NCBI RefSeq assembly: GCF_000497125.1
Contig: NC_090599.1
Span: 1,116,001 to 1,180,000, forward strand
Direction of reading: 5' to 3'
Source of the DNA: Spironucleus salmonicida
Taxonomy: Eukaryota
DNA length: 64,000 bases
Shown: positions 1-11,289 of the stretch, one piece after another
Layout: every line of letters starts with the position of its first letter
Position numbering within the stretch: the stretch's first letter is position 1
Program-made: the position numbers and the translations under genes
Notes under the pieces: model-generated
Databases searched by the model: none
What the model saw: the letters and a program-made list of their open reading frames with translations, nothing else
Told to the model about the DNA's origin: nothing

Positions 1-624
1 TTGAAAAATAACATGTTTTGAGGATTTGCCAGCAATAAATGCGAATAATTAGTCATTAGATTTTACTGGTAAAATTGACAATATTTAACCTATGTTGAGA
101 TTAAGTGAAAATAATGGCTGGCGGTTAGTTCCATTATACCCACTACCAATCAAATAAACCTCGAAAAATGAATTTGTATACCCTACTAATAAAAATGGAA
201 ATAATATCTATACTGCTTAAACTCTGCTCTATGATTATATAATGTATTTTTAAAGGTTCTTATTATAAAAATGTGGATATAGAAAATGATAGTCAATAAC
301 TTTATCTTCAAACATATGTATAAGAATATTACCGAATACTAGGAATATTTACTGTTCAAATGTTAATATTACAGGTAATTTTCTCTAAAATTGGATAAGT
401 CTGGTAAGTGTATTATAAATAAATCCTCTTGGCATAAAGCTTCTTGTAAAATAAGCAAACTATTTAAAGGACTTGAACTATAATTAATTAATAAATATTT
501 ATTAATTACTTGTTAAAAGTATTAAGCTATCTTAATCCCCAAAAACTTGAATTAATTTATTACAGTCTGCAATTTTTTACCCTACTTCAAACTCTTTTGT
601 AAGTTTAAACAGCTAGTTATTCAT
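1..624 (-). CDS. hypothetical protein, runs off the left edge
   Basis: Code-6 frame with no TGA from ATG 624 (MNNQLFKLTKEFEVG...) to position 1; the frame is also open up to ATG 923, so the start is uncertain. Confidence 0.45.
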
Positions 625-1143
625 ATATATAAATTATTAACTTTTAGTTAAAAATGGTTAACCATTAAGTTAAACTTCAATTGTATCCATTGACATAATA
701 GAATTTTAAAGTCCTATCTAAACCTAATTTACACAATTCCATGATGAAACTTCATACTATTTGCCTGTAAATTTTATTTATTTCTATTCAATAGGTTTTA
801 ACTATAGTAAATAATCATTATTTTTTACCAATTAAGTTTTTGGCATAATTTTAACTTATTTTCCATAAATAACAAATGGTGTTTCAAACTATTCAACTAC
901 TTATTATACTTTAAAGATGACATTTTTATGATTATTTCTTAGATATCCTCCTTTAAAGATAGGGAATTAAATTCGATTTTTAGCAAACATTTTAATTATC
1001 ATCCTTAATAATATATAATATTTTATTTTATTAATAAGATGTTAATATTCAATATAGTTATAATTATGTATAGTAATCAAATAACTTTTACTATAAATAA
1101 TTTTATATGATGCTCTGTAAATAAAGTAAAAATATATTTCACA

Positions 1144-1410
1144 TCAAATTTGTATATTAGTCATAAAATCTATATCAAAAGATACATCCGCTTCAGAATA
1201 GTTAAACTATAGTCTGTGGACTTTCTTAAATGGCTAAAAATCAAATAAACCAGGATCTTCTCTTTTTAGCTTGTAGTATGCATTTCTTATTTATGTCTCT
1301 GACAAATTTTTGAATACATTAATTTTAATATCTTTGAAATTTGTTTAATATATTTTAACTGCATTTGCAAGTTCTTCAATTTTATCGAAACTCCAAATTT
1401 CTTTTGGCAT
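1144..1410 (-). CDS. small single-repeat Myb/SANT domain protein (88 aa)
   Basis: MPKEIWSFDKIEELANAVKIYQTNFKDIKINVFKNLSETQIRNAYYKL fits Myb repeat spacing (W..L..AV..Y..NF..I...F...S..Q.RN.Y). Confidence 0.8.
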
Positions 1411-1958
1411 TATTGATGAGAAAGATTTTTAAAACATCTATGATATTATGTTATAAATAAATAAATATTTTGTGGTTTTAACATCTATAGATCTTTACTC
1501 TAACAGTTTATATTATTATAAATATAATGGTTTATTCTTGTCAGAAACTGAAAAGTAGAAACCACAAACAATAACATATTTATATTATTAATATTATTCT
1601 GAGTTTCAACGATATCTTCAAAATTTGCTTGTAATAGAATTGGTTTAATTACTATTAATAGATTTTATTAATATATTAACTTTATTTTTGTAATATACAA
1701 TGAATAAATTAACTATAAATATATAAAGCTGTCTTTATCTACTGCGAAATATATATTTCAGCGAAAAAAATCACATGAATACCATGCGGTGGCTCGGGGC
1801 GAAGACGTGACCCGAAAGTGGCAGGAGTGTCTGGGCTAGGTACCCACTGCCGATGGCCAAGTACCCCAATAGTGTCGCCGCACGTTGGAGTGGACCACGC
1901 AGTGTACACTCCGCGGCTCACATTGGTATGCCCACCATTTCGCAGAAAAGACAAAAGT

Positions 1959-2029
1959 TGCACCGTCCGGGAATCGAACCCAGACCACGTGCATGGCAAG
2001 CACATATTCTACCACTAGACCAACGGCGC
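1959..2029 (-). tRNA. tRNA-Gly(GCC), copy 1
   Basis: GCGCCGTTGGTCTAGTGGTAGAATATGTGCTTGCCATGCACGTGGTCTGGGTTCGATTCCCGGACGGTGCA: 71-nt cloverleaf, TTCGA T-loop, GCC anticodon, followed by TTTT runs (Pol III terminator-like). Confidence 0.96.
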
Positions 2030-2066
2030 ATGGATGGATCGTTAATTAATAGTCACTGCTATGTGT

Positions 2067-2242
2067 TAGTTGCTGTTACGCGGAGCCCGAGGCCACCACG
2101 GCTTCTTTCCAGGTAGGACTCTGGGTGCTATCTGGCTTATCTGCCACCAGGTCTGGACACGACATCAAAGTACGCTACTCACTAACACATCGCCTCCGCG
2201 TGGAAGCGCCCATGGCACACTCCGCGGGGCTCCTGTTAACTA
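2067..2242 (+). ncRNA. candidate structured RNA B (recurs in every unit)
   Basis: Closing stem GGAGCCC(2082-88)/GGGCTCC(2227-33); hairpins GAGGCC/GGCTTC, CCAG/CTGG, ATCTGG/CCAGGT, CCGCG/CGCGG. Confidence 0.4.
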
Positions 2243-2334
2243 CTTTCTCCCATCGGTATCTGGAGGGCTGGTATGTTCGTCTCGACCAGCAGCTTTGCTT
2301 GTAGGAATCTGGAGGCCTTCATTACGTTGGACAT
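2179..2334 (-). CDS. possible 51-aa ORF in the array unit
   Basis: CTCCACTTTGAAAA-ATG start context like other genes here; MSNVMKASRFLQAKLLVETNIPALQIPMGESSQQEPRGVCHGRFHAEAMCQ; ends TAG-TGA (AGTGA); partly antisense to candidate RNA B. Confidence 0.3.
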
Positions 2335-2446
2335 TTTTCAAAGTGGAGAAGCATGGAACCTACCTTAATTACACTACTACTCACCTTTTGTATTCTAACT
2401 TTCTAAATTTAGAATCTTGCTCACCGTATTATAGTATTCGTAGTAT

Positions 2447-2644
2447 TAGCCGTCTGCAGAAACTCCTAGTTTAAGCTGGTGAGGAAAGCGAGTTATGCAC
2501 TCATCCGGCGCTGCCTTTATGCGCTGGAATGCTAAAATGCCGGATGATGGGCTACTACGGTGGTATGGGCCATCCTACGCAGCATCAAGGTCGGAAGCAT
2601 GATGCCCGTCCCGACCTCCCTCACCAAACACTGGCTTCGGCTGA
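2447..2644 (+). ncRNA. candidate structured RNA C (recurs in every unit)
   Basis: Stem TGGTGAGG(2477-84)/CCTCACCA(2619-26); long hairpin 2502-2531; c(UACG)g at 2555-60 and c(UUCG)g at 2635-40; GGTCGG/CCGACC stem. Confidence 0.5.
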
Positions 2645-2683
2645 ATATCGCTATTATATATTGGCGAATGGAACCGCCAAAGA

Positions 2684-3046
2684 ATGGGCGAGGTCCGCTT
2701 GTTTTCCGAGTAGGAGCAGGCCCTCCTCATCAAGGCCGCCACGCACTACGGCTCAAACTTTGCGAAGATGAGACATCTTTTCCCAGGATACTCTGCCATG
2801 GATCTGCAGTAAAAGCTAGCCGGCATCTACCGGCAGAGCTCCCCGAAAACGCTCACAACCGATTCTAAGTTTAGCAGGCGCACTGAGAGGCGGACTTAGA
2901 TAGTGAATCGCGCCAGAAGTGCGGTAGTTTTCCTTGATCCTGACAGATTAGCAGCGGCCAAGGCAGGTATTCTCTCCACTCTCCAGGGAGACGCAACCTT
3001 GGATTTGCACGCCGATGCTTGTACGGAAGACAAGAAATCATTATGA
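2684..3046 (+). CDS. Myb-like DNA-binding protein (120 aa), copy 1
   Basis: Code 6: MGEVRLFSEQEQALLIKAATHYGSNFAKMRHLFPGYSAMDLQQKLAGIYRQ...KKSL-TGA; one Myb repeat; AT-rich TATTATATATT upstream. Confidence 0.75.
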
Positions 3047-3071
3047 TCTCTATGGAGTAATACTAATCGGC

Positions 3072-3443
3072 TCACATCAGAAAGTCATCAAATAGATTTT
3101 GGTATCCAAAGGAGGATACCTCCTAGCATAAGTCGAGCACCTCGGCAACGGGATGCACCTACGTCCCCTCACCTCTATAGTTATTTGAGTGGCGATGGAA
3201 TGTTTTGTAAAAGTACTATGCGGCCCCGTAGTTGGAAATCTGGTGCTGGCTGGCGCGATTGTACGCCTTTGCTACTTTTACCATGAAGCAGTGAGACCGA
3301 TCCACCAGCCGTGCCTTAAGCATGTTCTAGTACATGACCACCGCATGGGCAGGGCTAATGATGTTATATGCATACTCTGCCATTACAGACTAGAATGCCC
3401 GGTAGTACGTCTTGTCCTTCTCGAAGTTCTTAGGTCTAAACAT
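3072..3443 (-). CDS. hypothetical, possibly SANT/Myb-like helical protein (123 aa), copy 1
   Basis: Code 6: MFRPKNFEKDKTYYRAFQSVMAEYAYNIISPAHAVVMYQNML...FMVKVAKAY...AAQYFYKTFHRH...QNLFDDFLM-TGA; resembles diplomonad divergent SANT-like proteins (inference). Confidence 0.6.
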
Positions 3444-3633
3444 TTACGAAAAGGAGAGCTTGTGGGGAGGCAAAACTTTGGATAACTTGACGAGGTCAAA
3501 CCGGAAAGCAGCCGCATAGTGGATAATATATAGTGAACGCCATATATTTAGACAAGATAATCACAGCGATCGGGATAGAATTTTGTTTGGAATTTTGTTT
3601 GGCCATAAGGGAAACATTAATATTATATAAATA

Positions 3634-3795
3634 GCAAGTGGTGGCTCGGGGCGAAGACGTGACCCGAAAGTGGCAGGAGTGTCTGGGCTAGGTACCCACT
3701 GCCGATGGCCAAGTACCCCAATAGTGTCGCCGCACGTTGGAGTGGACCACGCAGTGTACACTCCGCGGCTCACATTGGTATGCCCACCATTTCGC
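3634..3795 (+). ncRNA. candidate structured RNA A (complete in units 2-7; 5'-clipped in unit 1)
   Basis: Closing stem AAGTGGTGG/CCACCATTT plus three arms: TCGGG/CCCGA; GGCAG/CTGCC with TGGG/CCCA; CCAAT/ATTGG-GCCGC/GCGGC-GGAGTG/CACTCC. Starts right after AATATTATATAAATA. Confidence 0.55.
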
Positions 3796-3810
3796 AGAAA
3801 AGACAAAAGT

Positions 3811-3881
3811 TGCACCGTCCGGGAATCGAACCCAGACCACGTGCATGGCAAGCACATATTCTACCACTAGACCAACGGCGC
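3811..3881 (-). tRNA. tRNA-Gly(GCC), copy 2
   Basis: Same sequence as copy 1, +1852. Confidence 0.95.
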
Positions 3882-4535
3882 ATGGATGGATCGTTAATTA
3901 ATAGTCACTGCTATGTGTTAGTTGCTGTTACGCGGAGCCCGAGGCCACCCCGGCTTCTTTCCAGGTAGGACTCTGGGTGCTATCTGGCTTATCTGCCACC
4001 AGGTCTGGACACGACATCAAAGTACGCTACTCACTAACACATCGCCTCCGCGTGGAAGCGCCCATGGCACACTCCGCGGGGCTCCTGTTAACTACTTTCT
4101 CCCATCGGTATCTGGAGGGCTGGTATGTTCGTCTCGACCAGCAGCTTTGCTTGTAGGAATCTGGAGGCCTTCATTACGTTGGACATTTTTCAAAGTGGAG
4201 AAGCATGGAACCTACCTTAATTACACTACTACTCACCTTTTGTATTCTAACTTTCTAAATTTAGAATCTTGCTCACCGTATTATAGTATTCGTAGTATTA
4301 GCCGTCTGCAGAAACTCCTAGTTTAAGCTGGTGAGGAAAGCGAGTTATGCACTCATCCGGCGCTGCCTTTATGCGCTGGAATGCTAAAATGCCGGATGAT
4401 GGGCTACTACGGTGGTATGGGCCATCCTACGCAGCATCAAGGTCGGAAGCATGATGCCCGTCCCGACCTCCCTCACCAAGCACTGGCTTCGGCTGAATAT
4501 CGCTATTATATATTGGCGAATGGAACCGCCAAAGA

Positions 4536-4898
4536 ATGGGCGAGGTCCGCTTGTTTTCCGAGTAGGAGCAGGCCCTCCTCATCAAGGCCGCCACGCACTA
4601 CGGCTCAAACTTTGCGAAGATGAGACATCTTTTCCCAGGATACTCTGCCATGGATCTGCAGTAAAAGCTAGCCGGCATCTACCGGCAGAGCTCCCCGAAA
4701 ACGCTCACAACCGATTCTAAGTTTAGCAGGCGCACTGAGAGGCGGACTTAGATAGTGAATCGCGCCAGAAGTGCGGTAGTTTTCCTTGATCCTGACAGAT
4801 TAGCAGCGGCCAAGGCAGGTATTCTCTCCGCTCTCCAGGGAGACGCAACCTTGGATTTGCACACCGATGCTTGTACGGAAGACAAGAAATCATTATGA
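4536..4898 (+). CDS. Myb-like protein, copy 2
   Basis: Array copy of 2684-3046. Confidence 0.72.
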
Positions 4899-4923
4899 TC
4901 TCTATGGAGTAATACTAATCGGC

Positions 4924-5295
4924 TCACATCAGAAAGTCATCAAATAGATTTTGGTATCCAAAGGAGGATACCTCCTAGCATAAGTCGAGCACCTCGGCAA
5001 CGGGATGCACCTACGTCCCCTCACCTCTATAGTTATTTGAGTGGCGATGGAATGTTTTGTAAAAGTACTATGCGGCCCCGTAGTTGGAAATCTGGTGCTG
5101 GCTGGCGCGATTGTACGCCTTTGCTACTTTTACCATGAAGCAGTGAGACCGATCCACCAGCCGTGCCTTAAGCATGTTCTAGTACATGACCACCGCATGG
5201 GCAGGGCTAATGATGTTATATGCATACTCTGCCATTACAGACTAGAATGCCCGGTAGTACGTCTTGTCCTTCTCGAAGTTCTTAGGTCTAAACAT
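4924..5295 (-). CDS. SANT-like hypothetical, copy 2
   Basis: Array copy of 3072-3443. Confidence 0.58.
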
Positions 5296-5662
5296 TTACG
5301 AAAAGGAGAGCTTGTGGGGAGGCAAAACTTTGGATAACTTGACGAGGTCAAACCGGAAAGCAGCCGCATAGTGGATAATATATAGTGAACGCCATATATT
5401 TAGACAAGATAATCACAGCGATCGGGATAGAATTTTGTTTGGAATTTTGTTTGGCCATAAGGGAAACATTAATATTATATAAATAGCAAGTGGTGGCTCG
5501 GGGCGAAGACGTGACCCGAAAGTGGCAGGAGTGTCTGGGCTAGGTACCCACTGCCGATGGCCAAGTACCCCAATAGTGTCGCCGCACGTTGGAGTGGACC
5601 ACGCAGTGTACACTCCGCGGCTCACATTGGTATGCCCACCATTTCGCAGAAAAGACAAAAGT

Positions 5663-5733
5663 TGCACCGTCCGGGAATCGAACCCAGACCACGTGCATGG
5701 CAAGCACATATTCTACCACTAGACCAACGGCGC
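5663..5733 (-). tRNA. tRNA-Gly(GCC), copy 3
   Basis: Same sequence as copy 1. Confidence 0.95.
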
Positions 5734-6387
5734 ATGGATGGATCGTTAATTAATAGTCACTGCTATGTGTTAGTTGCTGTTACGCGGAGCCCGAGGCCAC
5801 CACGGCTTCTTTCCAGGTAGGACTCTGGGTGCTATCTGGCTTATCTGCCACCAGGTCTGGACACGACATCAAAGTACGCTACTCACTAACACATCGCCTC
5901 CGCGTGGAAGCGCCCATGGCACACTCCGCGGGGCTCCTGTTAACTACTTTCTCCCATCGGTATCTGGAGGGCTGGTATGTTCGTCTCGACCAGCAGCTTT
6001 GCTTGTAGGAATCTGGAGGCCTTCATTACGTTGGACATTTTTCAAAGTGGAGAAGCATGGAACCTACCTTAATTACACTACTACTCACCTTTTGTATTCT
6101 AACTTTCTAAATTTAGAATCTTGCTCACCGTATTATAGTATTCGTAGTATTAGCCGTCTGCAGAAACTCCTAGTTTAAGCTGGTGAGGAAAGCGAGTTAT
6201 GCACTCATCCGGCGCTGCCTTTATGCGCTGGAATGCTAAAATGCCGGATGATGGGCTACTACGGTGGTATGGGCCATCCTACGCAGCATCAAGGTCGGAA
6301 GCATGATGCCCGTCCCGACCTCCCTCACCAAACACTGGCTTCGGCTGAATATCGCTATTATATATTGGCGAATGGAACCGCCAAAGA

Positions 6388-6750
6388 ATGGGCGAGGTCC
6401 GCTTGTTTTCCGAGTAGGAGCAGGCCCTCCTCATCAAGGCCGCCACGCACTACGGCTCAAACTTTGCGAAGATGAGACATCTTTTCCCAGGATACTCTGC
6501 CATGGATCTGCAGTAAAAGCTAGCCGGCATCTACCGGCAGAGCTCCCCGAAAACGCTCACAACCGATTCTAAGTTTAGCAGGCGCACTGAGAGGCGGACT
6601 TAGATAGTGAATCGCGCCAGAAGTGCGGTAGTTTTCCTTGATCCTGACAGATTAGCAGCGGCCAAGGCAGGTATTCTCTCCGCTCTCCAGGGAGACGCAA
6701 CCTTGGATTTGCACACCGATGCTTGTACGGAAGACAAGAAATCATTATGA
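6388..6750 (+). CDS. Myb-like protein, copy 3
   Basis: Array copy. Confidence 0.72.
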
Positions 6751-6775
6751 TCTCTATGGAGTAATACTAATCGGC

Positions 6776-7147
6776 TCACATCAGAAAGTCATCAAATAGA
6801 TTTTGGTATCCAAAGGAGGATACCTCCTAGCATAAGTCGAGCACCTCGGCAACGGGATGCACCTACGTCCCCTCACCTCTATAGTTATTTGAGTGGCGAT
6901 GGAATGTTTTGTAAAAGTACTATGCGGCCCCGTAGTTGGAAATCTGGTGCTGGCTGGCGCGATTGTACGCCTTTGCTACTTTTACCATGAAGCAGTGAGA
7001 CCGATCCACCAGCCGTGCCTTAAGCATGTTCTAGTACATGACCACCGCATGGGCAGGGCTAATGATGTTATATGCATACTCTGCCATTACAGACTAGAAT
7101 GCCCGGTAGTACGTCTTGTCCTTCTCGAAGTTCTTAGGTCTAAACAT
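6776..7147 (-). CDS. SANT-like hypothetical, copy 3
   Basis: Array copy. Confidence 0.58.
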
Positions 7148-7514
7148 TTACGAAAAGGAGAGCTTGTGGGGAGGCAAAACTTTGGATAACTTGACGAGGT
7201 CAAACCGGAAAGCAGCCGCATAGTGGATAATATATAGTGAACGCCATATATTTAGACAAGATAATCACAGCGATCGGGATAGAATTTTGTTTGGAATTTT
7301 GTTTGGCCATAAGGGAAACATTAATATTATATAAATAGCAAGTGGTGGCTCGGGGCGAAGACGTGACCCGAAAGTGGCAGGAGTGTCTGGGCTAGGTACC
7401 CACTGCCGATGGCCAAGTACCCCAATAGTGTCGCCGCACGTTGGAGTGGACCACGCAGTGTACACTCCGCGGCTCACATTGGTATGCCCACCATTTCGCA
7501 GAAAAGACAAAAGT

Positions 7515-7585
7515 TGCACCGTCCGGGAATCGAACCCAGACCACGTGCATGGCAAGCACATATTCTACCACTAGACCAACGGCGC
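7515..7585 (-). tRNA. tRNA-Gly(GCC), copy 4
   Basis: Same sequence as copy 1. Confidence 0.95.
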
Positions 7586-8239
7586 ATGGATGGATCGTTA
7601 ATTAATAGTCACTGCTATGTGTTAGTTGCTGTTACGCGGAGCCCGAGGCCACCCCGGCTTCTTTCCAGGTAGGACTCTGGGTGCTATCTGGCTTATCTGC
7701 CACCAGGTCTGGACACGACATCAAAGTACGCTACTCACTAACACATCGCCTCCGCGTGGAAGCGCCCATGGCACACTCCGCGGGGCTCCTGTTAACTACT
7801 TTCTCCCATCGGTATCTGGAGGGCTGGTATGTTCGTCTCGACCAGCAGCTTTGCTTGTAGGAATCTGGAGGCCTTCATTACGTTGGACATTTTTCAAAGT
7901 GGAGAAGCATGGAACCTACCCTAATTACACTACTACTCACCTTTTGTATTCTAACTTTCTAAATTTAGAATCTTGCTCACCGTATTATAGTATTCGTAGT
8001 ATTAGCCGTCTGCAGAAACTCCTAGTTTAAGCTGGTGAGGAAAGCGAGTTATGCACTCATCCGGCGCTGCCTTTATGCGCTGGAATGCTAAAATGCCGGA
8101 TGATGGGCTACTACGGTGGTATGGGCCATCCTACGCAGCATCAAGGTCGGAAGCATGATGCCCGTCCCGACCTCCCTCACCAAACACTGGCTTCGGCTGA
8201 ATATCGCTATTATATATTGGCGAATGGAACCGCCAAAGA

Positions 8240-8602
8240 ATGGGCGAGGTCCGCTTGTTTTCCGAGTAGGAGCAGGCCCTCCTCATCAAGGCCGCCACGC
8301 ACTACGGCTCAAACTTTGCGAAGATGAGACATCTTTTCCCAGGATACTCTGCCATGGATCTGCAGTAAAAGCTAGCCGGCATCTACCGGCAGAGCTCCCC
8401 GAAAACGCTCACAACCGATTCTAAGTTTAGCAGGCGCACTGAGAGGCGGACTTAGATAGTGAATCGCGCCAGAAGTGCGGTAGTTTTCCTTGATCCTGAC
8501 AGATTAGCAGCGGCCAAGGCAGGTATTCTCTCCGCTCTCCAGGGAGACGCAACCTTGGATTTGCACACCGATGCTTGTACGGAAGACAAGAAATCATTAT
8601 GA
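8240..8602 (+). CDS. Myb-like protein, copy 4
   Basis: Array copy. Confidence 0.72.
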
Positions 8603-8627
8603 TCTCTATGGAGTAATACTAATCGGC

Positions 8628-8999
8628 TCACATCAGAAAGTCATCAAATAGATTTTGGTATCCAAAGGAGGATACCTCCTAGCATAAGTCGAGCACCTCG
8701 GCAACGGGATGCACCTACGTCCCCTCACCTCTATAGTTATTTGAGTGGCGATGGAATGTTTTGTAAAAGTACTATGCGGCCCCGTAGTTGGAAATCTGGT
8801 GCTGGCTGGCGCGATTGTACGCCTTTGCTACTTTTACCATGAAGCAGTGAGACCGATCCACCAGCCGTGCCTTAAGCATGTTCTAGTACATGACCACCGC
8901 ATGGGCAGGGCTAATGATGTTATATGCATACTCTGCCATTACAGACTAGAATGCCCGGTAGTACGTCTTGTCCTTCTCGAAGTTCTTAGGTCTAAACAT
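8628..8999 (-). CDS. SANT-like hypothetical, copy 4
   Basis: Array copy. Confidence 0.58.
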
Positions 9000-9366
9000 T
9001 TACGAAAAGGAGAGCTTGTGGGGAGGCAAAACTTTGGATAACTTGACGAGGTCAAACCGGAAAGCAGCCGCATAGTGGATAATATATAGTGAACGCCATA
9101 TATTTAGACAAGATAATCACAGCGATCGGGATAGAATTTTGTTTGGAATTTTGTTTGGCCATAAGGGAAACATTAATATTATATAAATAGCAAGTGGTGG
9201 CTCGGGGCGAAGACGTGACCCGAAAGTGGCAGGAGTGTCTGGGCTAGGTACCCACTGCCGATGGCCAAGTACCCCAATAGTGTCGCCGCACGTTGGAGTG
9301 GACCACGCAGTGTACACTCCGCGGCTCACATTGGTATGCCCACCATTTCGCAGAAAAGACAAAAGT

Positions 9367-9437
9367 TGCACCGTCCGGGAATCGAACCCAGACCACGTGC
9401 ATGGCAAGCACATATTCTACCACTAGACCAACGGCGC
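9367..9437 (-). tRNA. tRNA-Gly(GCC), copy 5
   Basis: Same sequence as copy 1. Confidence 0.95.
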
Positions 9438-10091
9438 ATGGATGGATCGTTAATTAATAGTCACTGCTATGTGTTAGTTGCTGTTACGCGGAGCCCGAGG
9501 CCACCCCGGCTTCTTTCCAGGTAGGACTCTGGGTGCTATCTGGCTTATCTGCCACCAGGTCTGGACACGACATCAAAGTACGCTACTCACTAACACATCG
9601 CCTCCGCGTGGAAGCGCCCATGGCACACTCCGCGGGGCTCCTGTTAACTACTTTCTCCCATCGGTATCTGGAGGGCTGGTATGTTCGTCTCGACCAGCAG
9701 CTTTGCTTGTAGGAATCTGGAGGCCTTCATTACGTTGGACATTTTTCAAAGTGGAGAAGCATGGAACCTACCTTAATTACACTACTACTCACCTTTTGTA
9801 TTCTAACTTTCTAAATTTAGAATCTTGCTCACCGTATTATAGTATTCGTAGTATTAGCCGTCTGCAGAAACTCCTAGTTTAAGCTGGTGAGGAAAGCGAG
9901 TTATGCACTCATCCGGCGCTGCCTTTATGCGCTGGAATGCTAAAATGCCGGATGATGGGCTACTACGGTGGTATGGGCCATCCTACGCAGCATCAAGGTC
10001 GGAAGCATGATGCCCGTCCCGACCTCCCTCACCAAACACTGGCTTCGGCTGAATATCGCTATTATATATTGGCGAATGGAACCGCCAAAGA

Positions 10092-10454
10092 ATGGGCGAG
10101 GTCCGCTTGTTTTCCGAGTAGGAGCAGGCCCTCCTCATCAAGGCCGCCACGCACTACGGCTCAAACTTTGCGAAGATGAGACATCTTTTCCCAGGATACT
10201 CTGCCATGGATCTGCAGTAAAAGCTAGCCGGCATCTACCGGCAGAGCTCCCCGAAAACGCTCACAACCGATTCTAAGTTTAGCAGGCGCACTGAGAGGCG
10301 GACTTAGATAGTGAATCGCGCCAGAAGTGCGGTAGTTTTCCTTGATCCTGACAGATTAGCAGCGGCCAAGGCAGGTATTCTCTCCGCTCTCCAGGGAGAC
10401 GCAACCTTGGATTTGCACACCGATGCTTGTACGGAAGACAAGAAATCATTATGA
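10092..10454 (+). CDS. Myb-like protein, copy 5
   Basis: Array copy. Confidence 0.72.
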
Positions 10455-10479
10455 TCTCTATGGAGTAATACTAATCGGC

Positions 10480-10851
10480 TCACATCAGAAAGTCATCAAA
10501 TAGATTTTGGTATCCAAAGGAGGATACCTCCTAGCATAAGTCGAGCACCTCGGCAACGGGATGCACCTACGTCCCCTCACCTCTATAGTTATTTGAGTGG
10601 CGATGGAATGTTTTGTAAAAGTACTATGCGGCCCCGTAGTTGGAAATCTGGTGCTGGCTGGCGCGATTGTACGCCTTTGCTACTTTTACCATGAAGCAGT
10701 GAGACCGATCCACCAGCCGTGCCTTAAGCATGTTCTAGTACATGACCACCGCATGGGCAGGGCTAATGATGTTATATGCATACTCTGCCATTACAGACTA
10801 GAATGCCCGGTAGTACGTCTTGTCCTTCTCGAAGTTCTTAGGTCTAAACAT
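10480..10851 (-). CDS. SANT-like hypothetical, copy 5
   Basis: Array copy. Confidence 0.58.
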
Positions 10852-11218
10852 TTACGAAAAGGAGAGCTTGTGGGGAGGCAAAACTTTGGATAACTTGACG
10901 AGGTCAAACCGGAAAGCAGCCGCATAGTGGATAATATATAGTGAACGCCATATATTTAGACAAGATAATCACAGCGATCGGGATAGAATTTTGTTTGGAA
11001 TTTTGTTTGGCCATAAGGGAAACATTAATATTATATAAATAGCAAGTGGTGGCTCGGGGCGAAGACGTGACCCGAAAGTGGCAGGAGTGTCTGGGCTAGG
11101 TACCCACTGCCGATGGCCAAGTACCCCAATAGTGTCGCCGCACGTTGGAGTGGACCACGCAGTGTACACTCCGCGGCTCACATTGGTATGCCCACCATTT
11201 CGCAGAAAAGACAAAAGT

Positions 11219-11289
11219 TGCACCGTCCGGGAATCGAACCCAGACCACGTGCATGGCAAGCACATATTCTACCACTAGACCAACGGCGC
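11219..11289 (-). tRNA. tRNA-Gly(GCC), copy 6
   Basis: Same sequence as copy 1. Confidence 0.95.

Noticed and set aside
2500-2580. 5S rRNA-like GGCCCATACCACC on the minus strand
   Set aside because: Other 5S hallmarks (GAAC, TTAAGC, AGTAC, GGGAA) are missing
2941-2970. U6-like ACAGATTAGCAGCGGCC
   Set aside because: No ACAGAGA box and it lies within the Myb coding frame
3057-3065. TAGTATTAC (CRESS-virus origin nonamer) on the minus strand of each full unit
   Set aside because: No flanking stem-loop and no HUH or SF3 Rep motifs in the frames I translated; it lies between convergent stops where AGTAAT may be a 3' signal
3295-4623. About 440-codon TGA-free + strand frame crossing the unit boundary
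   Set aside because: Mirror of the minus-strand ORF, crosses the tRNA antisense, not protein-like; long open frames are common with a single stop codon
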